Positions 1 to 7,524 of a stretch of DNA of 33,817 bases are shown here, piece after piece. Source of the stretch: Minisyncoccota bacterium (GTDB lineage: Bacteria > Patescibacteriota > Microgenomatia > UBA1400 > PJMF01); NCBI GenBank assembly GCA_012515515.1, contig JAAYYE010000009.1, forward strand, positions 1 through 33,817. Reading direction: 5' to 3'. Both the position numbers and the translations under genes were made by a program. A model generated the notes under the pieces. The model was not told the origin of the DNA. It saw only the letters and a list, made by a program, of their open reading frames with translations, and made no database searches. The first letter of the stretch is position 1. Each line of letters opens with the position of its first letter.

Positions 1-92
1 TATTAAATCTAATAAAATGCTGAAATATCAATCTAAAATATTATTAAATCTAATAAAATGCTGAAATATCAATCTAAAATATTATTAAATCT
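1..92. repeat. Perfect 41-bp tandem repeat (2 full copies plus 10 bp) overlapping the start codon of the first CDS
   Basis: Bases 1-41 and 42-82 are identical (tattaaatctaataaaatgctgaaatatcaatctaaaatat), and 83-92 repeat tattaaatct. It may extend beyond the window edge. Confidence 0.95.
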
Positions 93-1044
93 TTTTATTT
101 TACTGTGTTTTTTAGCAATTGGTATAAAAGATGTTCGGGCAAGTAATGAGGTCCTGGGCATGCACATTTTGCAGCCAGAAGAACTCAAGCATGTGCGCAT
201 GATTTTTGAGGATGATGAGTGGCGCTATACCACTATTCCTCTAGCCACTAGCGATACGCAAAACTGGCAGCGTTGGCAAAAATTTTTTGATGAAGCTTAT
301 CGACTTAAATTGATTCCGATTATTCGTTTAGCAACCAGCTATGATAGCGAGCAACAGCATTGGACAATCCCCACGCGCAAGGAAATTGTTAATTTGGTTG
401 CTTTTTTATCAAGTTTAAATTGGCATCAAAAGGAAAAACTGGTAGTTGTTTTTAATGAAGTTAATCACGCTCAAGAATGGGGTGGTAGAATTGATCCGCT
501 AGCTTACACGCAGGTTTTAAAATTTACTAGTAATTGGTTGCGCAGCGAGGGTTTAAATTATAAGGTTTTGCCAGCAGCACTTGATTTAGCCACAGCTAAT
601 ATTTTTCCAACTATGGAAGCTTTTAGTTATTTAGAAACAATGCTCCGCGTTGATCCAGAGATTTTTACTTATATTGATTATTGGAATTCTCACTCTTATC
701 CAAATCCAAACTTTTCAGCTTCACCCAAGACTAATGGGCAAAATTCTTTAAGAGGTTTTATTTATGAATTAAATTTTTTAAAAAACAAAACGGGTTTAGA
801 TTTTCAAACATTTATTACTGAAACTGGCTGGAAATCAAGCTATATGATTAATTTTTATTTAAGCGATTATTATGCCTATGCGCTCAAAAATATTTGGAGT
901 GATGAACGAGTTGTGGCAGTTACCCCTTTTGTGTTAAAAGGCGATCCAGGACCTTTTGCCCAGTTTGGTTTTGTGGATGCTAGTGATTTACCCACTATTC
1001 AAGCTAGTGCACTAAAAAAAGCTTTAAAAAAAATATCGCCTTGA
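58..1044 (+). CDS. Secreted or membrane-anchored glycoside hydrolase, clan GH-A (TIM barrel); family unresolved
   Basis: N-terminal hydrophobic signal; FNEVNH (acid/base NE motif), SHSYP and FITETGW (nucleophile) in the order typical of clan GH-A enzymes. Confidence 0.7.
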   Translation: MLKYQSKILLNLFILLCFLAIGIKDVRASNEVLGMHILQPEELKHVRMIFEDDEWRYTTIPLATSDTQNWQRWQKFFDEAYRLKLIPIIRLATSYDSEQQHWTIPTRKEIVNLVAFLSSLNWHQKEKLVVVFNEVNHAQEWGGRIDPLAYTQVLKFTSNWLRSEGLNYKVLPAALDLATANIFPTMEAFSYLETMLRVDPEIFTYIDYWNSHSYPNPNFSASPKTNGQNSLRGFIYELNFLKNKTGLDFQTFITETGWKSSYMINFYLSDYYAYALKNIWSDERVVAVTPFVLKGDPGPFAQFGFVDASDLPTIQASALKKALKKISP

Positions 1045-1078
1045 TTTGCCATGACAATCATTTAAAATGTTAACTAAG

Positions 1079-1113
1079 TTTGCTAAGCAGTAATTTGCTA
1101 AGTGGTAAATTGC
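1079..1113. repeat. Imperfect 15-bp tandem repeat upstream of tRNA-Gly
   Basis: tttgctaagcagtaa / tttgctaagtggtaa / attgc. Confidence 0.7.
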
Positions 1114-1126
1114 GCATTGGGCAAGC

Positions 1127-1197
1127 GCGGGTGTAGTACATCGGTAGTATATCTCCCTTCCAAGGAGAAGAGGCCAGTTCGATTCTGGTCACCCGCT
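1127..1197 (+). tRNA. tRNA-Gly (anticodon TCC), CCA not encoded
   Basis: Acceptor GCGGGTG/CACCCGC, anticodon arm TCTCC-CTTCCAA-GGAGA, T-loop GTTCGATT, discriminator T. Confidence 0.95.
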
Positions 1198-1229
1198 CAC
1201 TTTCTTCCCTTCTCACCCGCTCATTTTCT
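1189..1229. repeat. Direct repeat (24-bp period) of the tRNA-Gly 3' end
   Basis: tcacccgctcactttct (1189-1205) vs tcacccgctcattttct (1213-1229), 16/17 identical. Confidence 0.85.
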
Positions 1230-1267
1230 CTTGATTACTAATAGGGTTTTCTGCTTTAATGTAAGCA

Positions 1268-2233
1268 ATGTCTAATTTTGCGCTATTTTTTATTGCTTTG
1301 TTTTTATTGTGGCTGGGGGCAGAACTAGTCACGCGGGCAGCCATCAAAATTGCCAAGTCGCTAGCCATGTCAGAGGGTTTTATTGGTCTCACTATCGTGG
1401 CAATTGGGACAAGTTTTCCAGAAATTATTATTGCGGTCACTGGGGCAATTCGCCAATTAAATGGCATCGATTCTAGTCAAATCGTGATAGGTAATGTCAT
1501 TGGTTCCAGTATGGCTAATTTAGCCTTAATTTTAGGCATTGTGGGTTTGTTAAAAGTGATTAAGCTGCAAAAAACCGAATTATTATTGGATATGTTGATG
1601 TTGGTTATGTCGACTACAATCTTTTATTTTCTTGGTCAGGATGGCATCATCAATCAACAAGACGGCATATTATTAATTCTTTTTTATCTTGTTTATTTGC
1701 TCTTTTTAAATCGACAAAACTTAAAAAAACAGAGTTTACTTTGCAAAAAAAATAAAAAAATAAAGACAAAGAAAATTCAAAAAATTAATTATTTAAGTTT
1801 TTTCCAATTAATTTTAGGTTTAGTAATTTTATTTAAAGCCTCGCAAATGGTTTTAAGTCACGGGGTGTTAATCGCTGAAGTGTTGGGAGTTAATGAAATG
1901 CTGGTGGGTATTCTCTTGGTTGGTTTGGGTAGCAGCTTGCCGGAACTAATGGTGTCAATTACGGCCATGAGGAAGGGATCAACCGCCCTGTCTTTGAATA
2001 ATCTAATTGGCAGTAATATCTTGAATGTTTTCTTAGCCTTGGGGCTAAGTGGCACTATTACTAGTTGGGAAATTAATAGGCAATTGGTGCTGTTTGATGT
2101 GCCCTACTTGCTATTTACGACGATTATAGCGGTGCTCTTTTTATTGAGCAAAAACAAATTTGAGCGCAAAGAATCAATATTAATGGTTGCTCTCTATGCA
2201 ATATATATCATCTTAAAGCTCTCTGGCTTTTAA
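1268..2233 (+). CDS. Calcium/sodium antiporter (CaCA superfamily, YrbG-like)
   Basis: About 10 hydrophobic segments in two halves, with alpha-repeat motifs GTSFPE and GSSLPE...NLIGSNILN. Confidence 0.92.
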   Translation: MSNFALFFIALFLLWLGAELVTRAAIKIAKSLAMSEGFIGLTIVAIGTSFPEIIIAVTGAIRQLNGIDSSQIVIGNVIGSSMANLALILGIVGLLKVIKLQKTELLLDMLMLVMSTTIFYFLGQDGIINQQDGILLILFYLVYLLFLNRQNLKKQSLLCKKNKKIKTKKIQKINYLSFFQLILGLVILFKASQMVLSHGVLIAEVLGVNEMLVGILLVGLGSSLPELMVSITAMRKGSTALSLNNLIGSNILNVFLALGLSGTITSWEINRQLVLFDVPYLLFTTIIAVLFLLSKNKFERKESILMVALYAIYIILKLSGF

Positions 2234-2265
2234 TAATTGGCCTAATGGTACTATAATATCCGCTT

Positions 2266-3372
2266 GTGAAAAAAAATATGGAAAAAAATTGGCAAAGAAT
2301 GCGTCATGATGAGTTTTTTGCTCAACGCTTATTGTTGCGTGAACAAGTCATTAAAGCCATCAGAAAATTTTTTGATCAGCAGCAGTTTCTTGAAGTGGAA
2401 ACACCGCTCTTGGTTAAAGCACCTGGTTCAGAGCCTTATTTAGAAGTCTTTAGAACGGAATTAAAAGACGAACACGATCATAGTCAGCCCGCTTATTTAC
2501 TCACTAGCCCAGAATATAGTATGAAAAAACTATTAACTGCTGGTCTAGATAAAATTTATCAGATTTGCAAAAGTTTTCGTAATCAAGAAAGTTTTGGGCA
2601 GAATCATAATCCCGAATTTACCATCTTAGAATGGTATCGGGCTTCAGCCGACTATCAAGATATTATGTTGGATCTTGCGCAACTCATACTTTTTATTCAT
2701 GAAGAATTAAAAAAATATTACAGCACAAAAACAGACGATTTTGCACAAAGCATGCTGGCAAGATTGGGAGATAAGCAACTTGAATATTTGGGTAAAAATT
2801 ATAATTTACAATTACCCTATCAAAGGCTAACTGTGGCAGAAGTTTTTGCCAAATATTTAAATATTCAAGAAGAAGAATTGCTGAATAGAGACGCTCTTTA
2901 TCAAGTGGCAAAGAAGTTAAATTATCAATTAGCTAGCGATGCGAGCTGGGACGATTTGTTTTATCAACTATTTTTAAATGAAATTGAGCCACAATTGGCT
3001 CAATTAGATCATCCGGTAATTATTTGTGACTATCCTCTATCTCAAGCTGCTTTGGCTAAAAGAAAAACCAGCAATCCTCAATTTGCTGAGCGCTTTGAGC
3101 TTTATTTAGCTGGCTTAGAATTGGGCAACGCTTTTAGTGAATTGACAGATCATCAAGAACAAGAACAGCGCATTAAATCCGAGTTGTCATTGAGAAAAGA
3201 ATTAAATAAAATTGCTTATGAGCTAGATCAAGATTTTATTAAAGCCCTGGAAGTAGGCATGCCAGAATCTGGAGGAATTGCGGTGGGTGTTGATAGAATT
3301 ATTATGTTGTTTGCTGGAGTGAGCGACATCAATGATATTTTATTTTTTCCAGCTAGTGAGCTGTTTGCTTAA
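2266..3372 (+). CDS. epmA: EF-P lysine aminoacylase EpmA (GenX/PoxA)
   Basis: Class II LysRS-like catalytic domain without the anticodon-binding domain: EVETP, YLLTSPEYSMKKLL, HNPEFTILEWY, ERFELY..GLELGNAFSEL, GIAVGVDR; directly upstream of efp. Start is GTG 2266 or ATG 2278. Confidence 0.93.
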   Translation: MKKNMEKNWQRMRHDEFFAQRLLLREQVIKAIRKFFDQQQFLEVETPLLVKAPGSEPYLEVFRTELKDEHDHSQPAYLLTSPEYSMKKLLTAGLDKIYQICKSFRNQESFGQNHNPEFTILEWYRASADYQDIMLDLAQLILFIHEELKKYYSTKTDDFAQSMLARLGDKQLEYLGKNYNLQLPYQRLTVAEVFAKYLNIQEEELLNRDALYQVAKKLNYQLASDASWDDLFYQLFLNEIEPQLAQLDHPVIICDYPLSQAALAKRKTSNPQFAERFELYLAGLELGNAFSELTDHQEQEQRIKSELSLRKELNKIAYELDQDFIKALEVGMPESGGIAVGVDRIIMLFAGVSDINDILFFPASELFA

Positions 3373-3392
3373 AGGCTGTTTGATAAATTAAC

Positions 3393-3421
3393 TTGACTAG
3401 GCAAACAAATTAAGTTTTAAT
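3393..3421 (+). promoter_or_regulatory. Putative sigma70 promoter for efp
   Basis: TTGACT (3393-3398), 17-bp spacer, TTTAAT (3416-3421). Confidence 0.5.
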
Positions 3422-3440
3422 AAGCCTTGAATATTAACTT

Positions 3441-4007
3441 ATGTCAATAATTAAAGCAGGTAACATCAAAAAAGGCAGTTATATTCTGTATCGGAATGCA
3501 CCTCATTATGTGTCCTATGTGAAATTTGTCTCTCCTGGCAAGGGTTCAGCTTTTTCTCGAGTGAAAATGCGTGATATGCGTTCTGGAGCCAATGTTGAGT
3601 TTACTTTTAAATCTCACGACAATGTTGAAGAGCTAGATGTATCGAGCAAAGAAATGCAATTTTTATATAAAGCTGATGATGAGGTTATTTTTATGGATCC
3701 AGTGAGCTACGAACAAATACCTGTTCCTGCTAAACTACTTGAAGGCCAAGTGGAAATGTTAACCGCTGATATTAAAGTCTATGTGCTTTTTTATGAAGAG
3801 AAAGCTTTGGGAGTGAGTTTGCCTCCAAAAGTTAAACTGAAAGTGGCTAAGGCAGACAATGCTGTGACTGGTGATCGGCAAACTGCTGGAAAAAAACCAG
3901 TGATTATGGAAACGGGTTTAGTTGTTCAAGCACCCTTGTTTATTAAGGAGGGCGATGTATTATCAATTGATACTACTACTGGTGATTATGTTTCTAGGGT
4001 CAATTAA
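3441..4007 (+). CDS. efp: Elongation factor P
   Basis: PGKG loop (FVSPGKGSAF), MQFLY, ETGLVVQAPLFI, DTTTGDYVSR. Confidence 0.97.
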   Translation: MSIIKAGNIKKGSYILYRNAPHYVSYVKFVSPGKGSAFSRVKMRDMRSGANVEFTFKSHDNVEELDVSSKEMQFLYKADDEVIFMDPVSYEQIPVPAKLLEGQVEMLTADIKVYVLFYEEKALGVSLPPKVKLKVAKADNAVTGDRQTAGKKPVIMETGLVVQAPLFIKEGDVLSIDTTTGDYVSRVN

Positions 4008-4052
4008 TTTTTTTTAGTATATAATAAACGATTGTTCTTTAAGCAAAAACAT

Positions 4053-4126
4053 GGGTCCGTAGCTCAGTCGGTTAGAGCGACAGCCTTTTAAGCTGTGCGT
4101 CCCGGGTTCGAGTCCCGGCGGACTCA
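4053..4126 (+). tRNA. tRNA-Lys (anticodon TTT), CCA not encoded
   Basis: Acceptor GGGTCCG/CGGACTC, D-arm AGCTCAGTCGGTTAGAGC, anticodon arm ACAGC-CTTTTAA-GCTGT, GTTCGAGT. Confidence 0.96.
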
Positions 4127-4236
4127 CAAAAACACAGGGTCCATCCACCCATCTTAAATTTTTCACTAATAGTTTGGTGATGGTCGAAATAACTCGATTC
4201 TTGTTGGCTGATTATTAAAAAACAGTATAATTGCTG

Positions 4237-4902
4237 ATGATGCATAAAACGGCTGCAAAATACTATCTTTCCTCAATTCTAACAACTCTTAACAATTTTA
4301 ATTGGTATGGCTTTCCTTTGCTTTTTATTAAAAAAGAAATTGTCATCAAAATTAAAAATAAATCTAGTTTTTATGTCAGTAATTTCATGGATATATGGAC
4401 CTTAAAGGAAGTAATTGTAGATGATCAATATAGAACTAAGAAAATGATTAATAAAAAAGATGTGGTGATTGATATTGGGGCAGCAATTGGAGATTTTTCA
4501 ATACTGGCAGCTCAGAAAGCAAAAAAAGTCATTGCTTACGAATGCAACGCTGAAAGAGTGCGGTTGATGAAAAAAAATCTAAAAATAAATAAAGTCATAA
4601 ATGTGCTTTTAAAAGATACGAAAGCCAAGTCATTGGCTCAAATTTTAAAAGGTATTGAGCGCTGCAATTTTTTAAAAATTGATTGTGAAGGATGTGAATA
4701 CGATATTTTTAATAACGCGAGTGCTAGGGATTTAGATAAGATTGAATTTATTGCCATGGAGGCCCATCAATTTAATCAGAAAATGAAAAAGCAGTATCAA
4801 GATTTATTGACTGTTTTAAAAAAACACAAGTTTGAAATAGAGATAGTCCCCAATCAAGTACACGACTATATTTGTTTTGTTTTCGCCAGTAAACAAAAAT
4901 AG
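4237..4902 (+). CDS. FkbM-family SAM-dependent methyltransferase
   Basis: VVIDIGAAIGDFS (SAM motif I), AYE, FLKIDCEGCEYDI (FkbM signature). Start moved to ATG 4237 (or 4240), just after TATAAT. Confidence 0.85.
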   Translation: MMHKTAAKYYLSSILTTLNNFNWYGFPLLFIKKEIVIKIKNKSSFYVSNFMDIWTLKEVIVDDQYRTKKMINKKDVVIDIGAAIGDFSILAAQKAKKVIAYECNAERVRLMKKNLKINKVINVLLKDTKAKSLAQILKGIERCNFLKIDCEGCEYDIFNNASARDLDKIEFIAMEAHQFNQKMKKQYQDLLTVLKKHKFEIEIVPNQVHDYICFVFASKQK

Positions 4903-4967
4903 TAAAGCCTAGTGAGAGTTTTGTTTGACGCGTAAATTTCTTAAAAGTTTTCATTTTTATTTTTTTC

Positions 4968-4996
4968 TTGCACTCTAGGTGCTTTATCGTTATAAT
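4968..4996 (+). promoter_or_regulatory. Near-consensus sigma70 promoter implying a leaderless mRNA
   Basis: TTGCAC (4968-4973), 17-bp spacer, TATAAT (4991-4996), 6 bp, ATG 5003. Confidence 0.7.
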
Positions 4997-5002
4997 TTAG
5001 AT

Positions 5003-6886
5003 ATGCCCACAGAAACACGTCTTCTCTATATTCTTAGCGATTTAGCTTATATTGCTAAGTTAAATCCTACAAAAAAAGCCCATGAGTTTGTTATTAGCGA
5101 TTTTCACCAGTTAAATGGTCAATTCTTAGATGAAAATAGTTTGATTGAAAAAAACATTAAGAAGTTGGTTGATAAACTCGAACCTGGGACATATCAATTA
5201 ATTTTACCCGATTTCCTTTTTACCAATACCATGGTGAATGTGAAGGTAAAGACTGAGGAAGAAGTTAAAGATTATTTAAATGACCATCTATTAGTTGATT
5301 TAAAAATTGATAAAGAAGACTTTTATTTACACACGACTGTCTTAAGTAATTATGGCGGATCATTTAAGGTGCAGCTAACTGCTTTAGAAAAAGGCATTGT
5401 TTTGCCATTGGTGAAAGCTCTCAAAAATAATAAAGACCTCAAAATCACTGCGATTGCTCCGCTGAGCTTTAGTGTTAAGTCCCTAGTCAGTTTAGAGCCC
5501 TCAGTTTCAATTTTGCAAATTAACCGAGAATTATATTTGGCTCAACACTACATCGGTGTTGACCAATGTTTTAACACCTCAATAGATCATGCTAATGACT
5601 TTGCTGACACTGTCAAAACACTCAAAGGTGTTGAGCCAAGCATCCAAACCCTATATCTTTTGTCTGACGCTTTAGTCGATCAAAAAATTAAAGAAGCTCT
5701 GAGTGATACTCTCCCTGTTCAGCAACTAGCTGAACCAACCCCGGAGGGAGAAAAAATACCTTCTTATATCAAAAAAATTATTGAAGCGGGAGCAAAAACT
5801 TTTTCTATTCCTGATTATTTATTGCCACAGTTTGAAATTGATAAAAACTATGATAAAGAATTAGACACTAAACAATTAGAAGAAGCTGATGCAGAAGACG
5901 AAACAAGTGCGGCTGCAATTAGCAAGCCAGCAGTAATTGGCGAAGAAAATATTGTGCAAGAAAGTGACGATCAAGCGTCTGAAAGTAGTGAAGAAACAGA
6001 TGCAGAAAAAGAGCCAGGCGAGCAGGAGCCAGCAGTAGATGCAGTTTTGCCAAAAGATTTAGAAAGTGAAACGCTACCTGCTCCCAAAAAGCTTGATTTA
6101 CAGGAAATTAATCAGGTTGAGACTCAGAAAGATTTGGGGCAGGAGACAAAACCTGAACCAGAGGCAAAAGAGCTTAATCAAGAAATAAAAGAAGAAACTC
6201 AAAAAGAGTCGCCTAAAAATGTCAAAAATAAGCAGGAAGCGAGTGGGTCTACCGCTGGTGAAATTGATTTGGCACAGTTTGCCAATTTAGCTATTGATCC
6301 ATCTGTCTTGAATAAAAAAGATGCACAAAAATTCAATAAGGAGCCAAGTATGTCAGACAGCAAACCGGTCATTAAGAATACTACTACTGAAGGAAAAAGC
6401 GTGCTCAAAATGATTGGCATTGCTTTTTTTAGCCTCGTTTTAACTGCTGCTATTGGCATTGGTCTTGGTTATGGGATTTTACAATTAACTAATAAGCAGC
6501 CAGCAGATGTCAAACCTAGTGATGAAACCAGCAACCCAATAGAAGAAGTAACGCCAACGCCTGAACCAGAAAAGGTCACAATTAATAAAGAAGACTATAA
6601 ACTATTAGTGGTCAATGCGACTACTAAGGCAGGCTACGCTGGTGAGATAGCCAATGCCCTAGAAGAAGCAGGTTTTCCAGATGTAGCAGCCAAAAATGCT
6701 CGTGGCAAATATGAAGAGGGCAATTATTTATTGTTCAGTGATTTAAACGAAGCAACAGAGGCCACTCATCAGGCGCTACTCAAAGAAGTCAGCGAGCTGA
6801 CTAAGCTTGACTGGGAACTATCAGATAAAATTGCTGGAGAAGACAGCGAAGGTGCTTTTCAAGCTGTCTTAGTTTTAGCCAAGTAG
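5003..6886 (+). CDS. Bitopic membrane protein: PilM-like N-terminal domain, acidic linker, one TM helix, LytR_C-like C-terminal domain
   Basis: C-terminal LLVVNATTKAGYAGEIANALEEAGF..KNA..AVLVLAK matches the LytR_C pattern; TM IGIAFFSLVLTAAIGIGLGYGIL; Glu/Pro-rich linker. The PilM-like call is by eye only. Confidence 0.65.
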   Translation: MPTETRLLYILSDLAYIAKLNPTKKAHEFVISDFHQLNGQFLDENSLIEKNIKKLVDKLEPGTYQLILPDFLFTNTMVNVKVKTEEEVKDYLNDHLLVDLKIDKEDFYLHTTVLSNYGGSFKVQLTALEKGIVLPLVKALKNNKDLKITAIAPLSFSVKSLVSLEPSVSILQINRELYLAQHYIGVDQCFNTSIDHANDFADTVKTLKGVEPSIQTLYLLSDALVDQKIKEALSDTLPVQQLAEPTPEGEKIPSYIKKIIEAGAKTFSIPDYLLPQFEIDKNYDKELDTKQLEEADAEDETSAAAISKPAVIGEENIVQESDDQASESSEETDAEKEPGEQEPAVDAVLPKDLESETLPAPKKLDLQEINQVETQKDLGQETKPEPEAKELNQEIKEETQKESPKNVKNKQEASGSTAGEIDLAQFANLAIDPSVLNKKDAQKFNKEPSMSDSKPVIKNTTTEGKSVLKMIGIAFFSLVLTAAIGIGLGYGILQLTNKQPADVKPSDETSNPIEEVTPTPEPEKVTINKEDYKLLVVNATTKAGYAGEIANALEEAGFPDVAAKNARGKYEEGNYLLFSDLNEATEATHQALLKEVSELTKLDWELSDKIAGEDSEGAFQAVLVLAK

Positions 6887-6951
6887 AACGACTTCAAAAT
6901 ACGTTTAGGGACTTGCAAAGAAGAAAAAAATCTTTATACTTATCGCCTGTT

Positions 6952-7437
6952 ATGTCGAAACAAATCAAAGATAAAAACGATCAAATTATTTTAACCGAAG
7001 ATGGTCTGGCTGATTTGACAACTGAACTTAAAGATCTTAAAGAAGTGAAGATGCCAAAAGCAGTGGCCAGAATTGCCAATGCTCGTGACCAGGGTGATTT
7101 GAGCGAAAATTCTGATTATCATTCAGCTCTAGATGAGCAAGCGATGCTTAATGCCCGAATAGATCAAATTGAAGATATTATTGATCGAGCTAAAGTGGTC
7201 AAGGAACAATCTGGTCATTTAGTGGCTTTGGGTTCAAAAGTAAAAGTCCATTTAATCAATACTAATCAAGAATTAAGCTATTCGCTGGTTGGTCAATATG
7301 CATCTAGCCTTGAAGAAGGTAAAATTTCCATAGAATCTCCAGTGGGTAAATCCCTTTTAAATAAACAAAAGGGCGATCGGGTTGTAGTTGAAACGCCGGC
7401 CGGGAAAATGGAATATTTAATTATCAGCGTAAGTTAA
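6952..7437 (+). CDS. greA: Transcription elongation factor GreA
   Basis: LTEDG, ARDQGDLSENSDYHSA, GKISIESPVGKSLL, VETPAG. ATG 6952 preferred over TTG 6913. Confidence 0.96.
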   Translation: MSKQIKDKNDQIILTEDGLADLTTELKDLKEVKMPKAVARIANARDQGDLSENSDYHSALDEQAMLNARIDQIEDIIDRAKVVKEQSGHLVALGSKVKVHLINTNQELSYSLVGQYASSLEEGKISIESPVGKSLLNKQKGDRVVVETPAGKMEYLIISVS

Positions 7438-7456
7438 AAAAATAATTAAGCATGTC

Positions 7457-7480
7457 AGCCCCGCCAAGTGCGGGGTTTTT
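7457..7480 (+). terminator. Rho-independent terminator after greA
   Basis: Stem GCCCCGC/GCGGGGT with loop CAAGT, followed by a T run. Confidence 0.8.
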
Positions 7481-7524
7481 AGTCTAGATAAAGCCAGATA
7501 TTCAAGCTAAAATATAAAGGATTT

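Noticed and set aside
2266-3372. Second (class II) lysyl-tRNA synthetase
   Set aside because: It lacks the N-terminal OB anticodon domain, has EpmA-type TSPE and motif-3 Ala, and sits next to efp.
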